From an uncultured Chloroflexia bacterium (GTDB lineage: Bacteria > Chloroflexota > Limnocylindria > Limnocylindrales > CSP1-4), in NCBI GenBank assembly GCA_963749705.1, contig CAVVNQ010000015.1, positions 352,001-416,000 of the forward strand: 64,000 nt of DNA, in the 5' to 3' direction. Below the pieces are notes generated by a model. That model was given only the letters and a program-made list of their open reading frames with translations. It had not been told where the DNA came from and made no database searches. Below are positions 42,637-52,101 of the stretch, piece by piece; within the stretch, counting starts at the first letter, position 1, and each line of letters starts with the position of its first letter. Both the position numbers and the translations under genes were made by a program.

Positions 42637-44127
42637 ATGGCGTACGTCATCGGGATCGACGCATCCACGACGGCGACCAAGGCCGTCCTGATCGACGAGG
42701 CCGGCGCCGTGGCCGGCATCGGCGTGTCCGAGTACGGGTTCGACCAGCCCCATCCGCTGTGGAGCGAGCAGGACCCGCGGCTGTGGTGGGACGGCGCCGT
42801 GACTGCGATCCGCGCCGTCCTGGCGTCCTCGGGCGCGGACGCGGCCGACGTTCGGGCGATCGGGCTCACCGGCCAGATGCACGGGCTCGTCATGCTCGAC
42901 CGCGACGGCCAGGTGCTGCGGCCGGCGATCCTGTGGAACGACCAGCGCACGGGCGCCGAATGCGACGCGATCCGCGCCGCGGTGGGCCCGGAGCGGCTGG
43001 TGCAGACCACGGGGAACGACGCGCTGACCGGGTTCACGGCCCCCAAGCTGGCGTGGGTCCGGGACCACGAGCCGGACGTCTGGCGGCAGGTCGCCCACGT
43101 CCTCCTCCCCAAGGACTACGTCCGGTTCCGGCTGACCGGGGACTACGCCACGGACAAGGCCGGGGGATCGGGCACGATCCTGTTCGACCTTGGCGCGCGC
43201 GACTGGTCGCCGCTGATGCTGGAGGCGCTGGGCATCGACCCCGGCTGGATGCCGCCGACGTTCGAGGGCCCCGACGTGACGGGCGCCGTGTCGGTGTCGG
43301 GGGCGGATGCGACGGGGCTGCGAGCCGGGACGCCGGTCGTGGCGGGCGGCGGTGACCAGGCCGCGAACGCGGTCGGTGTGGGCGTCGTGAACCCCGGGCG
43401 GATGGCGCTGTCGCTGGGTACGTCGGGGGTCGTGTTCGCGGCGACCGACCGCCCGCTGTACGAGCCGGCCGGGCGGGTGCACGCGTTCTGCCACGCCGTC
43501 CCGGGCCGCTGGCACCTGATGTCGGTCATGCTCTCGGCGGCCGGCAGCCTGCGCTGGTTCCGCGACGCCGTCGCGCCCGGCGTCGACTTCGGCGACCTCA
43601 CCGCGGCCGCCGCGGAGGTCCCGGCGGGCAGCGACGGGCTCCAGTTCCTGCCGTACCTGTCGGGGGAGCGGAGCCCGCATCCCGATCCTCTGGCGCGCGG
43701 GGCGTTCGTGGGTCTCACGCTCGCCCACGACCGGCGCCACCTCGCCAGAGCGGTGCTCGAGGGCGTCGCATACGGACTGCGCGATGGCCTGGATCTCATG
43801 ATCGAGGCCGGCATGCCGGCTCCCGACCAGATCCGTGCTTCGGGTGGCGGCACGGCCAGCCCGCTGTGGCGCCAGGTCCTCGCGGACGTCCTGGGCGCCG
43901 AGATCGCGACCGTCAGCACCACCGAGGGCGCCGCGTATGGCGCGGGGCTGCTGGGGGCCGTCGGGGCGGGCTGGTTCCCCACGGTCGATGCCGCCGCCGA
44001 CGCGGTGATCCGGGTGTCGCCGGTCGCCGAGCCTGGGCCGGACACGCCGAGGTACGCCGAGGCGCACCGGATCTACCGGGGCCTGTACCCCGCGCTGGCG
44101 CCGGCGTTCCACCGGCTCGGCGGCTGA
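42637..44127 (+). CDS. xylB: Xylulokinase
   Basis: GLTGQMHG, PAILWNDQR, GGGDQAA, LPYLSGERSPH; follows xylA. Confidence 0.94.
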   Translation: MAYVIGIDASTTATKAVLIDEAGAVAGIGVSEYGFDQPHPLWSEQDPRLWWDGAVTAIRAVLASSGADAADVRAIGLTGQMHGLVMLDRDGQVLRPAILWNDQRTGAECDAIRAAVGPERLVQTTGNDALTGFTAPKLAWVRDHEPDVWRQVAHVLLPKDYVRFRLTGDYATDKAGGSGTILFDLGARDWSPLMLEALGIDPGWMPPTFEGPDVTGAVSVSGADATGLRAGTPVVAGGGDQAANAVGVGVVNPGRMALSLGTSGVVFAATDRPLYEPAGRVHAFCHAVPGRWHLMSVMLSAAGSLRWFRDAVAPGVDFGDLTAAAAEVPAGSDGLQFLPYLSGERSPHPDPLARGAFVGLTLAHDRRHLARAVLEGVAYGLRDGLDLMIEAGMPAPDQIRASGGGTASPLWRQVLADVLGAEIATVSTTEGAAYGAGLLGAVGAGWFPTVDAAADAVIRVSPVAEPGPDTPRYAEAHRIYRGLYPALAPAFHRLGG

Positions 44128-44167
44128 CGCCGGCCTGTGACCGCGGCCGCCGGGGCGCCGATCGAGG

Positions 44168-44962
44168 CTAGCCGCGCAGCTCGATCGCGGCCTTGTCGGT
44201 GTCGGTGACCTCGTCGGGCTGCTTGCCCAGGATGATCATGCCCAGCACCTCGTCAGCGGTGACCGATGCCTTGTCGACCGTGCCCACGATCTCCCCGTGG
44301 TACATGACGGCGATGCGCTCGGACAGGTCGAACACGTCGTGGATGTCATGGCTGATCAGGAAGATCCCGATGCCCTCGCTCTTGAGCTGCCGGATCAGGT
44401 TGCGCACCTGCGCCGTCTCGGCGGGACCGAGCGCCGCCGTCGGCTCGTCCATGATCAGGATCCGGGCGTTGAAGTAGACCGCGCGCGCGATCGCGACGGC
44501 CTGGCGCTGGCCGCCGGAGAGCGACTTCACGGGCATCTTGAAGCGCGTGAAGTTGGGGTTCAGGCGCCCCATCACCTTGCGCGTCTCGGCCTCCATGGCC
44601 GTGTCGTTCATGGATCCCAGGCGGGTGGTCTTCTCGCGGCCCAGGAACAGGTTGCCGGGCGCGTCGATGTTGTCGGCGAGGGCCAGCGTCTGATAGATGG
44701 TCTCGATGTTGAACCGCTTGGCGTCGCGCGGGTTCCGGATCGTAACGGGCGTGCCGTTGACCCGGATCTGGCCGCTGTCCGCCGGGTGTGCTCCCGAGAG
44801 CACCCGCATCAGCGTTGACTTGCCGGCGCCATTGCCGCCGACGAGGCCGATGACCTCGCCGGCGTACAGGTTGATGCTCACGTCCCTGACGGCATGCACG
44901 CCACCGAACGCGACGCTGATGTTGCGCATCTCGACGAGCGGCGTGCGCTCCGCGACGGTCAT
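44168..44962 (-). CDS. Sugar ABC transporter ATP-binding protein (single NBD)
   Basis: [27 protein letters not shown]. Confidence 0.93.
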   Translation of the reverse strand: MTVAERTPLVEMRNISVAFGGVHAVRDVSINLYAGEVIGLVGGNGAGKSTLMRVLSGAHPADSGQIRVNGTPVTIRNPRDAKRFNIETIYQTLALADNIDAPGNLFLGREKTTRLGSMNDTAMEAETRKVMGRLNPNFTRFKMPVKSLSGGQRQAVAIARAVYFNARILIMDEPTAALGPAETAQVRNLIRQLKSEGIGIFLISHDIHDVFDLSERIAVMYHGEIVGTVDKASVTADEVLGMIILGKQPDEVTDTDKAAIELRG

Positions 44963-44982
44963 CGGTCGTTCCTCCTTGCCGT

Positions 44983-46305
44983 TCACGAACCGCGCCGGCG
45001 GTTGAAGGTGTCCAACCCGACGGCCAGGATGAGCACGACGCCTGCCGCCACGTTCTGGCCCGGCGAGTTGACGCCCACGAAGCTCAGCCCGTAGGCGAGC
45101 GACTGCATCACGAACGCGCCGAGCACGGCCCCCGGGATCGTCCCGATCCCACCGGCGAACGAGGTGCCGCCGACCACAGCCGCGGCGATCACGTACAGCT
45201 CGTAGCTCTGGCCGATGTCGAGCGTCGCTCCATTGAGGCGTGCCGATGCGATGGCGGCCGCGAGGGCGCACAGGATCCCCATCACGATGAACGTCTTCAT
45301 GATCGTCCAGCGCGTGTTGATGCCCGCCAGCTCAGCCGCGTCGGGATTGCCACCGTACGCGTAGACGTATCGTCCGAACCGTCGTCGGTTGGCCATGAAC
45401 GTCATGACCAGGGTCACGCCGACCAGAAGCATGATCGGATCCGGGAAACCGGTCGGGATGTTCCAGCCGCCCTGGGGTGCGGGCCCCCAGCCCTGCTCGG
45501 TGGCAATCCGGGTGGCGAGGCCCTCGGGCCAGAGGTTCGCATTGGCGAACGCCGCCAGCCCGATCATCACGAGGCAGCCGACCCCACCGATCAGGATCTC
45601 CGCCCACATCGGTCGCACAGGGAAGTCGAACCGCCGACGTTGACGCCGGCCGTTGAACAGGAACACCACGATGGCGAGGCAGCCGACGATGCCGAGGCCC
45701 CAGGTCAGCGTTCCGCCGATCGATCCCTGGGCGCCACCACCGATGAGCTGGAAGGTGGGATCGAGGCCTGACACGGCCGCGCCGCTCGAGAGGTACCAGA
45801 CCAGACCGCGAATGGACAGCAGGCCGCCGAGGGTGACGATGAACGACGGCACGCCGATGTACGCGATGATGAAGCCCTGGAGCGCGCCGAAGCCCGCCCC
45901 GATCGCGATGCCGATCGCCAGCGCGATGGCCCAGCGGAACGGGAAGTCGACGCCCATCCCGAGGATGTTCGGGAGCCAGTCGGTCATCAGCAGCGCATAG
46001 CTCATCGCGACGAAGCCGACGAGGGACCCGACCGACAGGTCGATGTTGCGCGACACGATGACCAGGACCATTCCGGTCGCGATGATCGCGACCCCGGAGG
46101 CCTGGACGGCGAGCGTGACCATGTTGGTCGGCTGGAAGAACCGGCCGTCGACGAAGTTGAAGCCAAACAGGATCGCGGCCAGGGCGACCAGCATGCCGAA
46201 CAGGCGGAAGTCGAGCTCGGTCGCGGCCAGCAGGCTGCTGATTGAGGTGCGGGCAGGGGGTGGGGACTTCGCCTTGCCTGGAGCCGATTCAGCCACGTTC
46301 GTCAC
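44983..46305 (-). CDS. Sugar ABC transporter permease (XylH-like)
   Basis: [38 protein letters not shown]. Confidence 0.92.
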   Translation of the reverse strand: MTNVAESAPGKAKSPPPARTSISSLLAATELDFRLFGMLVALAAILFGFNFVDGRFFQPTNMVTLAVQASGVAIIATGMVLVIVSRNIDLSVGSLVGFVAMSYALLMTDWLPNILGMGVDFPFRWAIALAIGIAIGAGFGALQGFIIAYIGVPSFIVTLGGLLSIRGLVWYLSSGAAVSGLDPTFQLIGGGAQGSIGGTLTWGLGIVGCLAIVVFLFNGRRQRRRFDFPVRPMWAEILIGGVGCLVMIGLAAFANANLWPEGLATRIATEQGWGPAPQGGWNIPTGFPDPIMLLVGVTLVMTFMANRRRFGRYVYAYGGNPDAAELAGINTRWTIMKTFIVMGILCALAAAIASARLNGATLDIGQSYELYVIAAAVVGGTSFAGGIGTIPGAVLGAFVMQSLAYGLSFVGVNSPGQNVAAGVVLILAVGLDTFNRRRGS

Positions 46306-46337
46306 GGCGATCCCTCCGGTCCCTGGCTAGAGAGAAT

Positions 46338-46368
46338 GCGACCTGCGCGTCGGGGACGCGCAGGTCGC
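46338..46368 (-). terminator. 14-bp stem-loop between the binding-protein and permease genes
   Basis: GCGACCTGCGCGTC-ggg-GACGCGCAGGTCGC; followed on the minus strand by ATTCTCTCT. Confidence 0.7.
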
Positions 46369-46393
46369 TGGCTACGTCAGTGGTTGGGGATGG

Positions 46394-47578
46394 TCACTTG
46401 CAGGCGGCGGGTGCCGTCGCTGCGTCGACGCCCTTGCACAGGTCGGCCTTGGTGATCTGGCCGGCGTCGATAGCCACCTGCAGGTTGTCCGCGGTGAGCG
46501 GCGTGGGCTGCAGGATGAACGACTTCACCACGGTCCCGTTCGGGGTCGTGAAGTCCTTCGCGGAGAGACCGGCGGCCGGCGCGACCGTCGGGTCGAGGAG
46601 ACCGTCGGGAAGCGTCAGGTCGGCCATCGCCGTGCCGGCGCAGAGGGCGAGCGCAGCGGCACCCGCCGCCTTGCCCAGCTCGTTGGCGTTCTTGAACACG
46701 TCGACGTACTGCTTGCCCAGGGCGACGTTGTTCAGGTTGGCGGGATCGCCGTCCTGGCCGCTGAGGGGCGGGTACCCGTAGCTCTTCTGAGTCAGGGCAC
46801 CGACCACGCCGAGGGCCGTGCTGTCGTTCTCCGCCAGGATGGCATCGATCTTGTTGCCGTCGGCGACGGCCTTGTCGATGATGGCTTCCATGTTGGACTG
46901 GGCCTTCTCGGTCTTCCACGCGTCGGTGAACGTGCCGTCAGGTCCGTTGAGGATCTTGATGTCGCCGGAGGCGACCTTGTCCTTCAGCCCGGCCTCGTCC
47001 CAGCCCTGCGGCAGGAAGGTCGACGCGTTCGGATCGCCCGGGTCGCCCTTGATCAGGACGTAGTTGCCGGTCGGGACCTTCTTGATGATCGCGTCCGCCT
47101 CGGCCTTGCCGACGAGGACGTTGTCGAAGGTCAGGTAGAGGATGCTCGGATCTTCGATCAGCCGGTCATAGGCGATGACCGGGATGCCCGCGTCCTTCGC
47201 CTTCTGGAGTGCCGGCAGGATCGCCTTGTTGTCCTGCGCAAGCAGCACCAGGACCTTGGCGCCCTGCGAGATCAGCGAGTCGACGTCGGTCAGCTGCTGC
47301 TCTGCGCTGAGGTTTGCGTCGGCGGAGATGTACTTCCCGCCGGCATCTTCCACGGTCTTCTTGAGGTTGGGCTCGTCATGCGCGGCCCATCGCGGCTGCT
47401 GGAAGTTGTTCCAGGACACGCCGACGATGCAGTCGGATGCCGTGGCGCTCGCCGCCGCGCTCGCGGCGGTGCTCGGCGCCGAGCTCTCGCCGGGCGACGT
47501 GGTCGCCGTCCCGCTCCCGCAGGCGGCGACGAAGATGGCCGTGGCGCCCAACAGGGCGGCGGCTTTGCGAAGGTTCAT
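46394..47578 (-). CDS. Sugar-binding lipoprotein (XylF-like)
   Basis: Lipobox VAAC, Ser/Ala linker, RW, IAYDRLI, FDN, SGQD; ATG after GGAGGAG. Confidence 0.9.
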   Translation of the reverse strand: MNLRKAAALLGATAIFVAACGSGTATTSPGESSAPSTAASAAASATASDCIVGVSWNNFQQPRWAAHDEPNLKKTVEDAGGKYISADANLSAEQQLTDVDSLISQGAKVLVLLAQDNKAILPALQKAKDAGIPVIAYDRLIEDPSILYLTFDNVLVGKAEADAIIKKVPTGNYVLIKGDPGDPNASTFLPQGWDEAGLKDKVASGDIKILNGPDGTFTDAWKTEKAQSNMEAIIDKAVADGNKIDAILAENDSTALGVVGALTQKSYGYPPLSGQDGDPANLNNVALGKQYVDVFKNANELGKAAGAAALALCAGTAMADLTLPDGLLDPTVAPAAGLSAKDFTTPNGTVVKSFILQPTPLTADNLQVAIDAGQITKADLCKGVDAATAPAACK

Positions 47579-47708
47579 ATATCTCTCCTCCAATGGCGAC
47601 GACAACTTGTCGAGCGCCAGCACAGTGCCGCGCTACGGTACCCGATGAATCGTTCCTTCACATGCCCTCACTTGAAAGTCGCCGGTCAGGCATCGGGACC
47701 TCCGAGCC

Positions 47709-48944
47709 TCATGCGGTTGCCAGATGAACAGCGCCGGCTCGCTGGCTCATCCATGCGGACGGATCTGCCAGCAGCGGCTCGAAGGCCAGCTCCGCCGCGC
47801 CGAGCAGCGGGGCGTCGATGCCCAGGGTTGCCGGAACGATGCGCACCAGCTCGTGCGACGCCGGAAGGGCCCGGCGCGCAAGCTCACGCTCGAGCGAACC
47901 GGTCAGCAACGGCAGCAGCCGGCCGAACAGGCCGCCGAGCACGATCAGCCGCGGGTTGAGGACGTTGACCAGGCCGGCGAGGCCGGTGCCCAGCCATGTC
48001 CCGACGTGATCGAGCGCCTCGATCGCGAGCTCCGATCCGGCGGCGGCATCGGCCAGCACGCTGGACACGCCCGCCGGTCCATCCTGCGGCGATCGACCGG
48101 CCCGGGTCAGCAGGGTTCGCTCACCGACCTCGGTCTCCCAGCAGCCGATCGAGCCGCACCGGCAGGGCGAGCCCGCCGGGTTGACCGGCATGTGCCCGAT
48201 CTCGCCACCGAACCCTGCCGTCCCGGTCAGCGGCCGGCCACCGCTGATGATGCCGCCGCCGACCCCGACCTCGCCGGACACGAACAGCACGTCGTCGACG
48301 CCGATGGCGGCGCCGCGCCGGTGCTCCGCGAGCACGCCCAGGTCGGCCTCGTTGGCGACCGAGATCGGGACCGTCACGCCAAGGCGGCGAGCAAGCTCGG
48401 CGGCGAGCGAGACCTCGCCCCAGCCGAGGTTCGGCGCCATCGTGACCAGCCCGTCCTCACGCCGCACCACACCGACGATCGCGGCCCCGACGCCGATCAG
48501 GTTGTCGTCGATCGAGACGTCCGCGCGCAGCCCGTCGACGAGGCTCGCGATGTCGTCCAGGACATCGTCCGGCGACGAGGTGCCGCGGACGCGATCGGCT
48601 CGCACGAGCCGGATGACCTCGCCGCCCAGCCCGACGACGGCCACTGCCGTGGAGTCCACGGCGATCTCGATGGCGAGCACGACCGCGCTGTCGGGGTTGA
48701 GGCGCACGATCGGCGACGGACGGCCCGGCGTGCCCAGGGGCACGGCCGGCGTCTCCGACACGAGGCCCGCGATCTCGAGCTCGCCGACGAGCCCTCGGAT
48801 CGCGCTGCGCGTCAGGCCGGTGGTCGCGACAAGGCTCGAGCGGGAGACCGCGCCACGCTCGTGGAGCCCGCGGACGATCGCGCTCAGGTTCGCCCGGCGG
48901 ACCGTCTCGCTCCGCTGCCCGATGTCCGATCTCTCGATCCGCAA
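47709..48944 (-). CDS. ROK-family transcriptional repressor (XylR-like)
   Basis: N-terminal HTH (SRSSLVATTGLTRS...GRP), NEAD, GEIGH, CRCGSIGCWE; TTG at 48944 preferred because the ATG at 48989 lies inside the predicted promoter. Confidence 0.9.
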   Translation of the reverse strand: MRIERSDIGQRSETVRRANLSAIVRGLHERGAVSRSSLVATTGLTRSAIRGLVGELEIAGLVSETPAVPLGTPGRPSPIVRLNPDSAVVLAIEIAVDSTAVAVVGLGGEVIRLVRADRVRGTSSPDDVLDDIASLVDGLRADVSIDDNLIGVGAAIVGVVRREDGLVTMAPNLGWGEVSLAAELARRLGVTVPISVANEADLGVLAEHRRGAAIGVDDVLFVSGEVGVGGGIISGGRPLTGTAGFGGEIGHMPVNPAGSPCRCGSIGCWETEVGERTLLTRAGRSPQDGPAGVSSVLADAAAGSELAIEALDHVGTWLGTGLAGLVNVLNPRLIVLGGLFGRLLPLLTGSLERELARRALPASHELVRIVPATLGIDAPLLGAAELAFEPLLADPSAWMSQRAGAVHLATA

Positions 48945-48977
48945 CGGTTTGTGTTCCTTTCGCCTAAATACTGTGCC

Positions 48978-49006
48978 AGACTCTTCCATGCGCGCCTGCG
49001 TGTCAA
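48978..49006 (-). promoter_or_regulatory. Promoter for the ROK regulator/ABC operon
   Basis: Minus strand reads TTGACA-N17-GAGTCT. Confidence 0.55.
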
Positions 49007-49097
49007 GTCTGGAGGTTGCGGATATGGGACAGGTCGAAGCCGGGATGAGCGCGGGCGTGGGGGCCGGTCGAGGACGGCCCGGGTCAGGAGCACGGCG

Positions 49098-50099
49098 ATG
49101 AGCGTGCCCGGCATCGTTCGCTGGGGCGTGCTCTCGACGGCGAACATCGCCGTGCGCAAGGTGATCCCGGGGATGCGCCGGGCGGCCAATGTCGAGGTGC
49201 TCGGGATCGCGTCACGGGACGCGGACCGGGCCCGGGTCGTCGCCGGCGAGCTGGGCATCCCGCGCGCCTACGGCACGTACGAGGACCTGCTCGCGGACCC
49301 CGACATCGACGCCGTGTACATCCCGTTGCCCAACCACCTCCATGCACGCTGGACGACCGAGGCGGCGCTCCACGGGAAGCACGTCCTGTGCGAGAAGCCC
49401 CTGGCCATGACCGCGGCTGATGCCCGCACGATGGTCGAGGTCTGCCGGGGTGCGGGCATCGTGCTCATGGAGGCGTTCATGTACCGCCTCCATCCATCGT
49501 GGGTGGCCGCCCGCGAGCTCGTGGCGTCGGGACGCATCGGGCGGTTGCGCGCGGTGGACAGCTGGTTCTCGTACTTCAACGATGACCCGGCCAACATCCG
49601 CAACATTCGCGAGGCCGGGGGCGGCGCCCTGTTCGACATCGGCAGCTATTCCGTCAACCTCTCGCGGATGCTGTACGACTCGGAGCCGGATGCCGTCAGG
49701 TCGGTCGTGCTCCGTGACCCGGTCAGCGGCGTCGACGTGGTGACGAGCGGGCTGCTGCGGTTCGGCGACGGCGTGGCCACGTTCACCTGCTCCACGCGCA
49801 GCGAGCCGGATCAGCGCGTCGACATCTACGGTGACCGGGGCCGGATCTCCATCGAGATCCCGTTCAACATCCCGCCCGACCGGCCGACCCGGATCTCCGT
49901 GATCGCCGGCGGCGACCCGCCCGTGGCTCCGGACGCCGAGGTGATCGAGTTCGAGACCCGGGATCCCTATGCGGAAGAGCTCGAGCTGCTGTCCGCGGCG
50001 ATCCTCGACGGCCGGCCGGCGCCGACCGCACCCGAGGATGCGGTGGGCAACCTGGAGGTCATCGAGGCGCTGTTCGCCGCGGCGGCCGAGGATCGCTGA
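49098..50099 (+). CDS. Gfo/Idh/MocA family oxidoreductase
   Basis: WGVLSTANIA, YIPLPNHLH, LCEKP, GGGALFDIGSY. Confidence 0.9.
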   Translation: MSVPGIVRWGVLSTANIAVRKVIPGMRRAANVEVLGIASRDADRARVVAGELGIPRAYGTYEDLLADPDIDAVYIPLPNHLHARWTTEAALHGKHVLCEKPLAMTAADARTMVEVCRGAGIVLMEAFMYRLHPSWVAARELVASGRIGRLRAVDSWFSYFNDDPANIRNIREAGGGALFDIGSYSVNLSRMLYDSEPDAVRSVVLRDPVSGVDVVTSGLLRFGDGVATFTCSTRSEPDQRVDIYGDRGRISIEIPFNIPPDRPTRISVIAGGDPPVAPDAEVIEFETRDPYAEELELLSAAILDGRPAPTAPEDAVGNLEVIEALFAAAAEDR

Positions 50100-50156
50100 C
50101 GGCGGTACGATCGCCGGGCCCGGTCCGCGCCCCGGCTCGGCGAGGAGGTTGATCGA

Positions 50157-52064
50157 ATGGCGGACCTTGCGCCCGCTCCCACGCCGCGCTCCCGGCCGGG
50201 CCGTCGGCGCGTGCTGGTCATCGCCGGCGCGCTGGTGATGCTGGCGGCGGTGGCCGGTGGCGTGGCGGTGAGCCGGCCATGGGCGAGCGCACCGACCTGC
50301 CCCGCGCCGGCGGAGCACCCCGAATGGTCGGTCGCGCGACGCTGGGACGAGGCGCTGCTCGATGCCATCCGGCGAGCCCTGCCGGCTCCGACGGTCCACG
50401 CCCGGAACCTGTTCCACACCTCGGTCGCGATGTGGGATGCGTGGGCGGCCTACGACGGGACCGCGATGGGCTACCTGGTCGACGCGAAGGCCACCGCCGG
50501 CGACGTTCCGGCAGCCCGTGACGAGGCGATCAGCTACGCGGCGTATCGGGTGCTGTCCGAGCGGTACATCGGGTCCGTGGGCGGCTCCGAATCGCTGTCC
50601 GAGTTCGCCGACCTGATGGATGCGCTGTGCTACCCGCTCGACGTGACCACGACCGAGGGCGACACGCCGGCCGCGCTCGGCAACCGGATCGCGGCCGCGA
50701 TCATCGCGTATGGCAGGACCGACGGGTCCAACGAGGACGGCGGCTACGCGGCGACCGATTACACGCCGGTCAATCCGCCGCTGCCCGTGGCATCGACGGG
50801 CACGACGATGACGGATCCGAACCGCTGGCAGCCGCTCCAGATCGAGCACATGATCTCCCAGAACGGCATCCCCGTGACCAATGGCGTCCAGCAGGCCGTC
50901 GGCCCGCACTGGGGCCACGTGACGTCGTTCGCGCTGCCGCCGGATACCGGCAACGGCGCCCCGATCGACCCGGGACCACCGCCCCACCTCGGCAACCCCG
51001 TCACCGACCAGGCGTTCAAGGAGGAGGCGATCCAGGTCATCCGCGACAGCAGCATGCTCGACCCCGGCGACGGCACGACGATCGACATCTCGCCGGCGTC
51101 GCTGGGCGGCAACTCGCTGGGTGCCAACGACGGGCACGGCCATGCGGTCAATCCGGCGACCGGACAGCCGTACCAGCCGGACGTCGTGCTCGAGGGCGAC
51201 TTCGGGCGGGTGATGGCGGAGTTCTGGGCCGACGGCCCGAGCTCCGAGACGCCGCCGGGTCACTGGAACGTGCTGGCCAATCTCGTCTCCGACGAGCTGT
51301 CGCCGGACCTGCGGATCGCGGGCCGGGGCGAGGCCGTCGACCGGCTCCAGTGGGACGTGAAGCTGTACCTCGCCGTCAACGGTGCCGTCCACGACGCTGC
51401 GATCGCCGCGTGGGGCCTCAAGGGCTACTACGACTCGACCCGCCCGATCTCGATGATCCGGTACATGGGCGGGCTGGGCCAGTCGAGCGATGCGTCGATG
51501 CCGTCCTACAACGCCGAGGGCCTGCCGCTGGAGCCGGGCCTGGTCGAGCTGGTCACGTCCGCGACGACCGCGCCGGGGCAGCGGCATGCCGCGCTCCGGG
51601 GCCACGAGGGCGAGATCGCGATCCGCGCCTGGACCGGGACGCCCGCCGATCCCCGGACCCAGGTGGGCGGTGTGGCCTGGATCCTCGCCGCCGACTGGGT
51701 GCCGTACCAGCTGCCGACGTTCGTGACGCCGTCGTTCCCGGGCTACATCTCAGGGCACAGCACGTTCAGCCGGGCGGCCGCCGAGGTGCTGACCGGGTTC
51801 ACGGGCAGCGAGTACTTTCCGGGCGGCATGAGCGGCTACACGATCAAGGCCGGATCGCTCAAGTTCGAACGCGGTCCGTCGACCGACATCCATCTCGAGT
51901 GGGCGACCTTCTTCGACGCGTCGGACCAGGCCGGCCAGTCGCGGCTGTGGGGCGGGATCCACATCCAGTCGGACGATTTCGCCGGGCGGCGGATCGGGTC
52001 CGCGTGTGGCATCGCCGCCTGGGCGCTGGCCCAGCGGTACTACGACGGGACGGCGGGCTCGTGA
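50157..52064 (+). CDS. Membrane-anchored vanadium-dependent haloperoxidase / PAP2-superfamily protein
   Basis: N-terminal TM helix; motifs KGYYDSTRP (Kx6RP), PSFPGYISGHS and SRLWGGIHIQSD (SRx5Hx3D). Confidence 0.85.
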   Translation: MADLAPAPTPRSRPGRRRVLVIAGALVMLAAVAGGVAVSRPWASAPTCPAPAEHPEWSVARRWDEALLDAIRRALPAPTVHARNLFHTSVAMWDAWAAYDGTAMGYLVDAKATAGDVPAARDEAISYAAYRVLSERYIGSVGGSESLSEFADLMDALCYPLDVTTTEGDTPAALGNRIAAAIIAYGRTDGSNEDGGYAATDYTPVNPPLPVASTGTTMTDPNRWQPLQIEHMISQNGIPVTNGVQQAVGPHWGHVTSFALPPDTGNGAPIDPGPPPHLGNPVTDQAFKEEAIQVIRDSSMLDPGDGTTIDISPASLGGNSLGANDGHGHAVNPATGQPYQPDVVLEGDFGRVMAEFWADGPSSETPPGHWNVLANLVSDELSPDLRIAGRGEAVDRLQWDVKLYLAVNGAVHDAAIAAWGLKGYYDSTRPISMIRYMGGLGQSSDASMPSYNAEGLPLEPGLVELVTSATTAPGQRHAALRGHEGEIAIRAWTGTPADPRTQVGGVAWILAADWVPYQLPTFVTPSFPGYISGHSTFSRAAAEVLTGFTGSEYFPGGMSGYTIKAGSLKFERGPSTDIHLEWATFFDASDQAGQSRLWGGIHIQSDDFAGRRIGSACGIAAWALAQRYYDGTAGS

Positions 52065-52101
52065 TCCGATGGCTCGGTCTGCGTCGGGCGGTCGTGGCGG
52101 C

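Noticed and set aside
44168-44962. Single-domain sugar ABC ATPase as a broken xylG
   Set aside because: It has a complete Walker A, signature, Walker B and H-loop with a clean start and stop; single-NBD versions are common.
47724-49097. Long N-terminal extensions in the ORF track (oxidoreductase from 47724, ispG from 30895, pyrH from 25792, nusA from 33617)
   Set aside because: These are artefacts of taking the first start codon; SD positions and family N-termini support the downstream starts.
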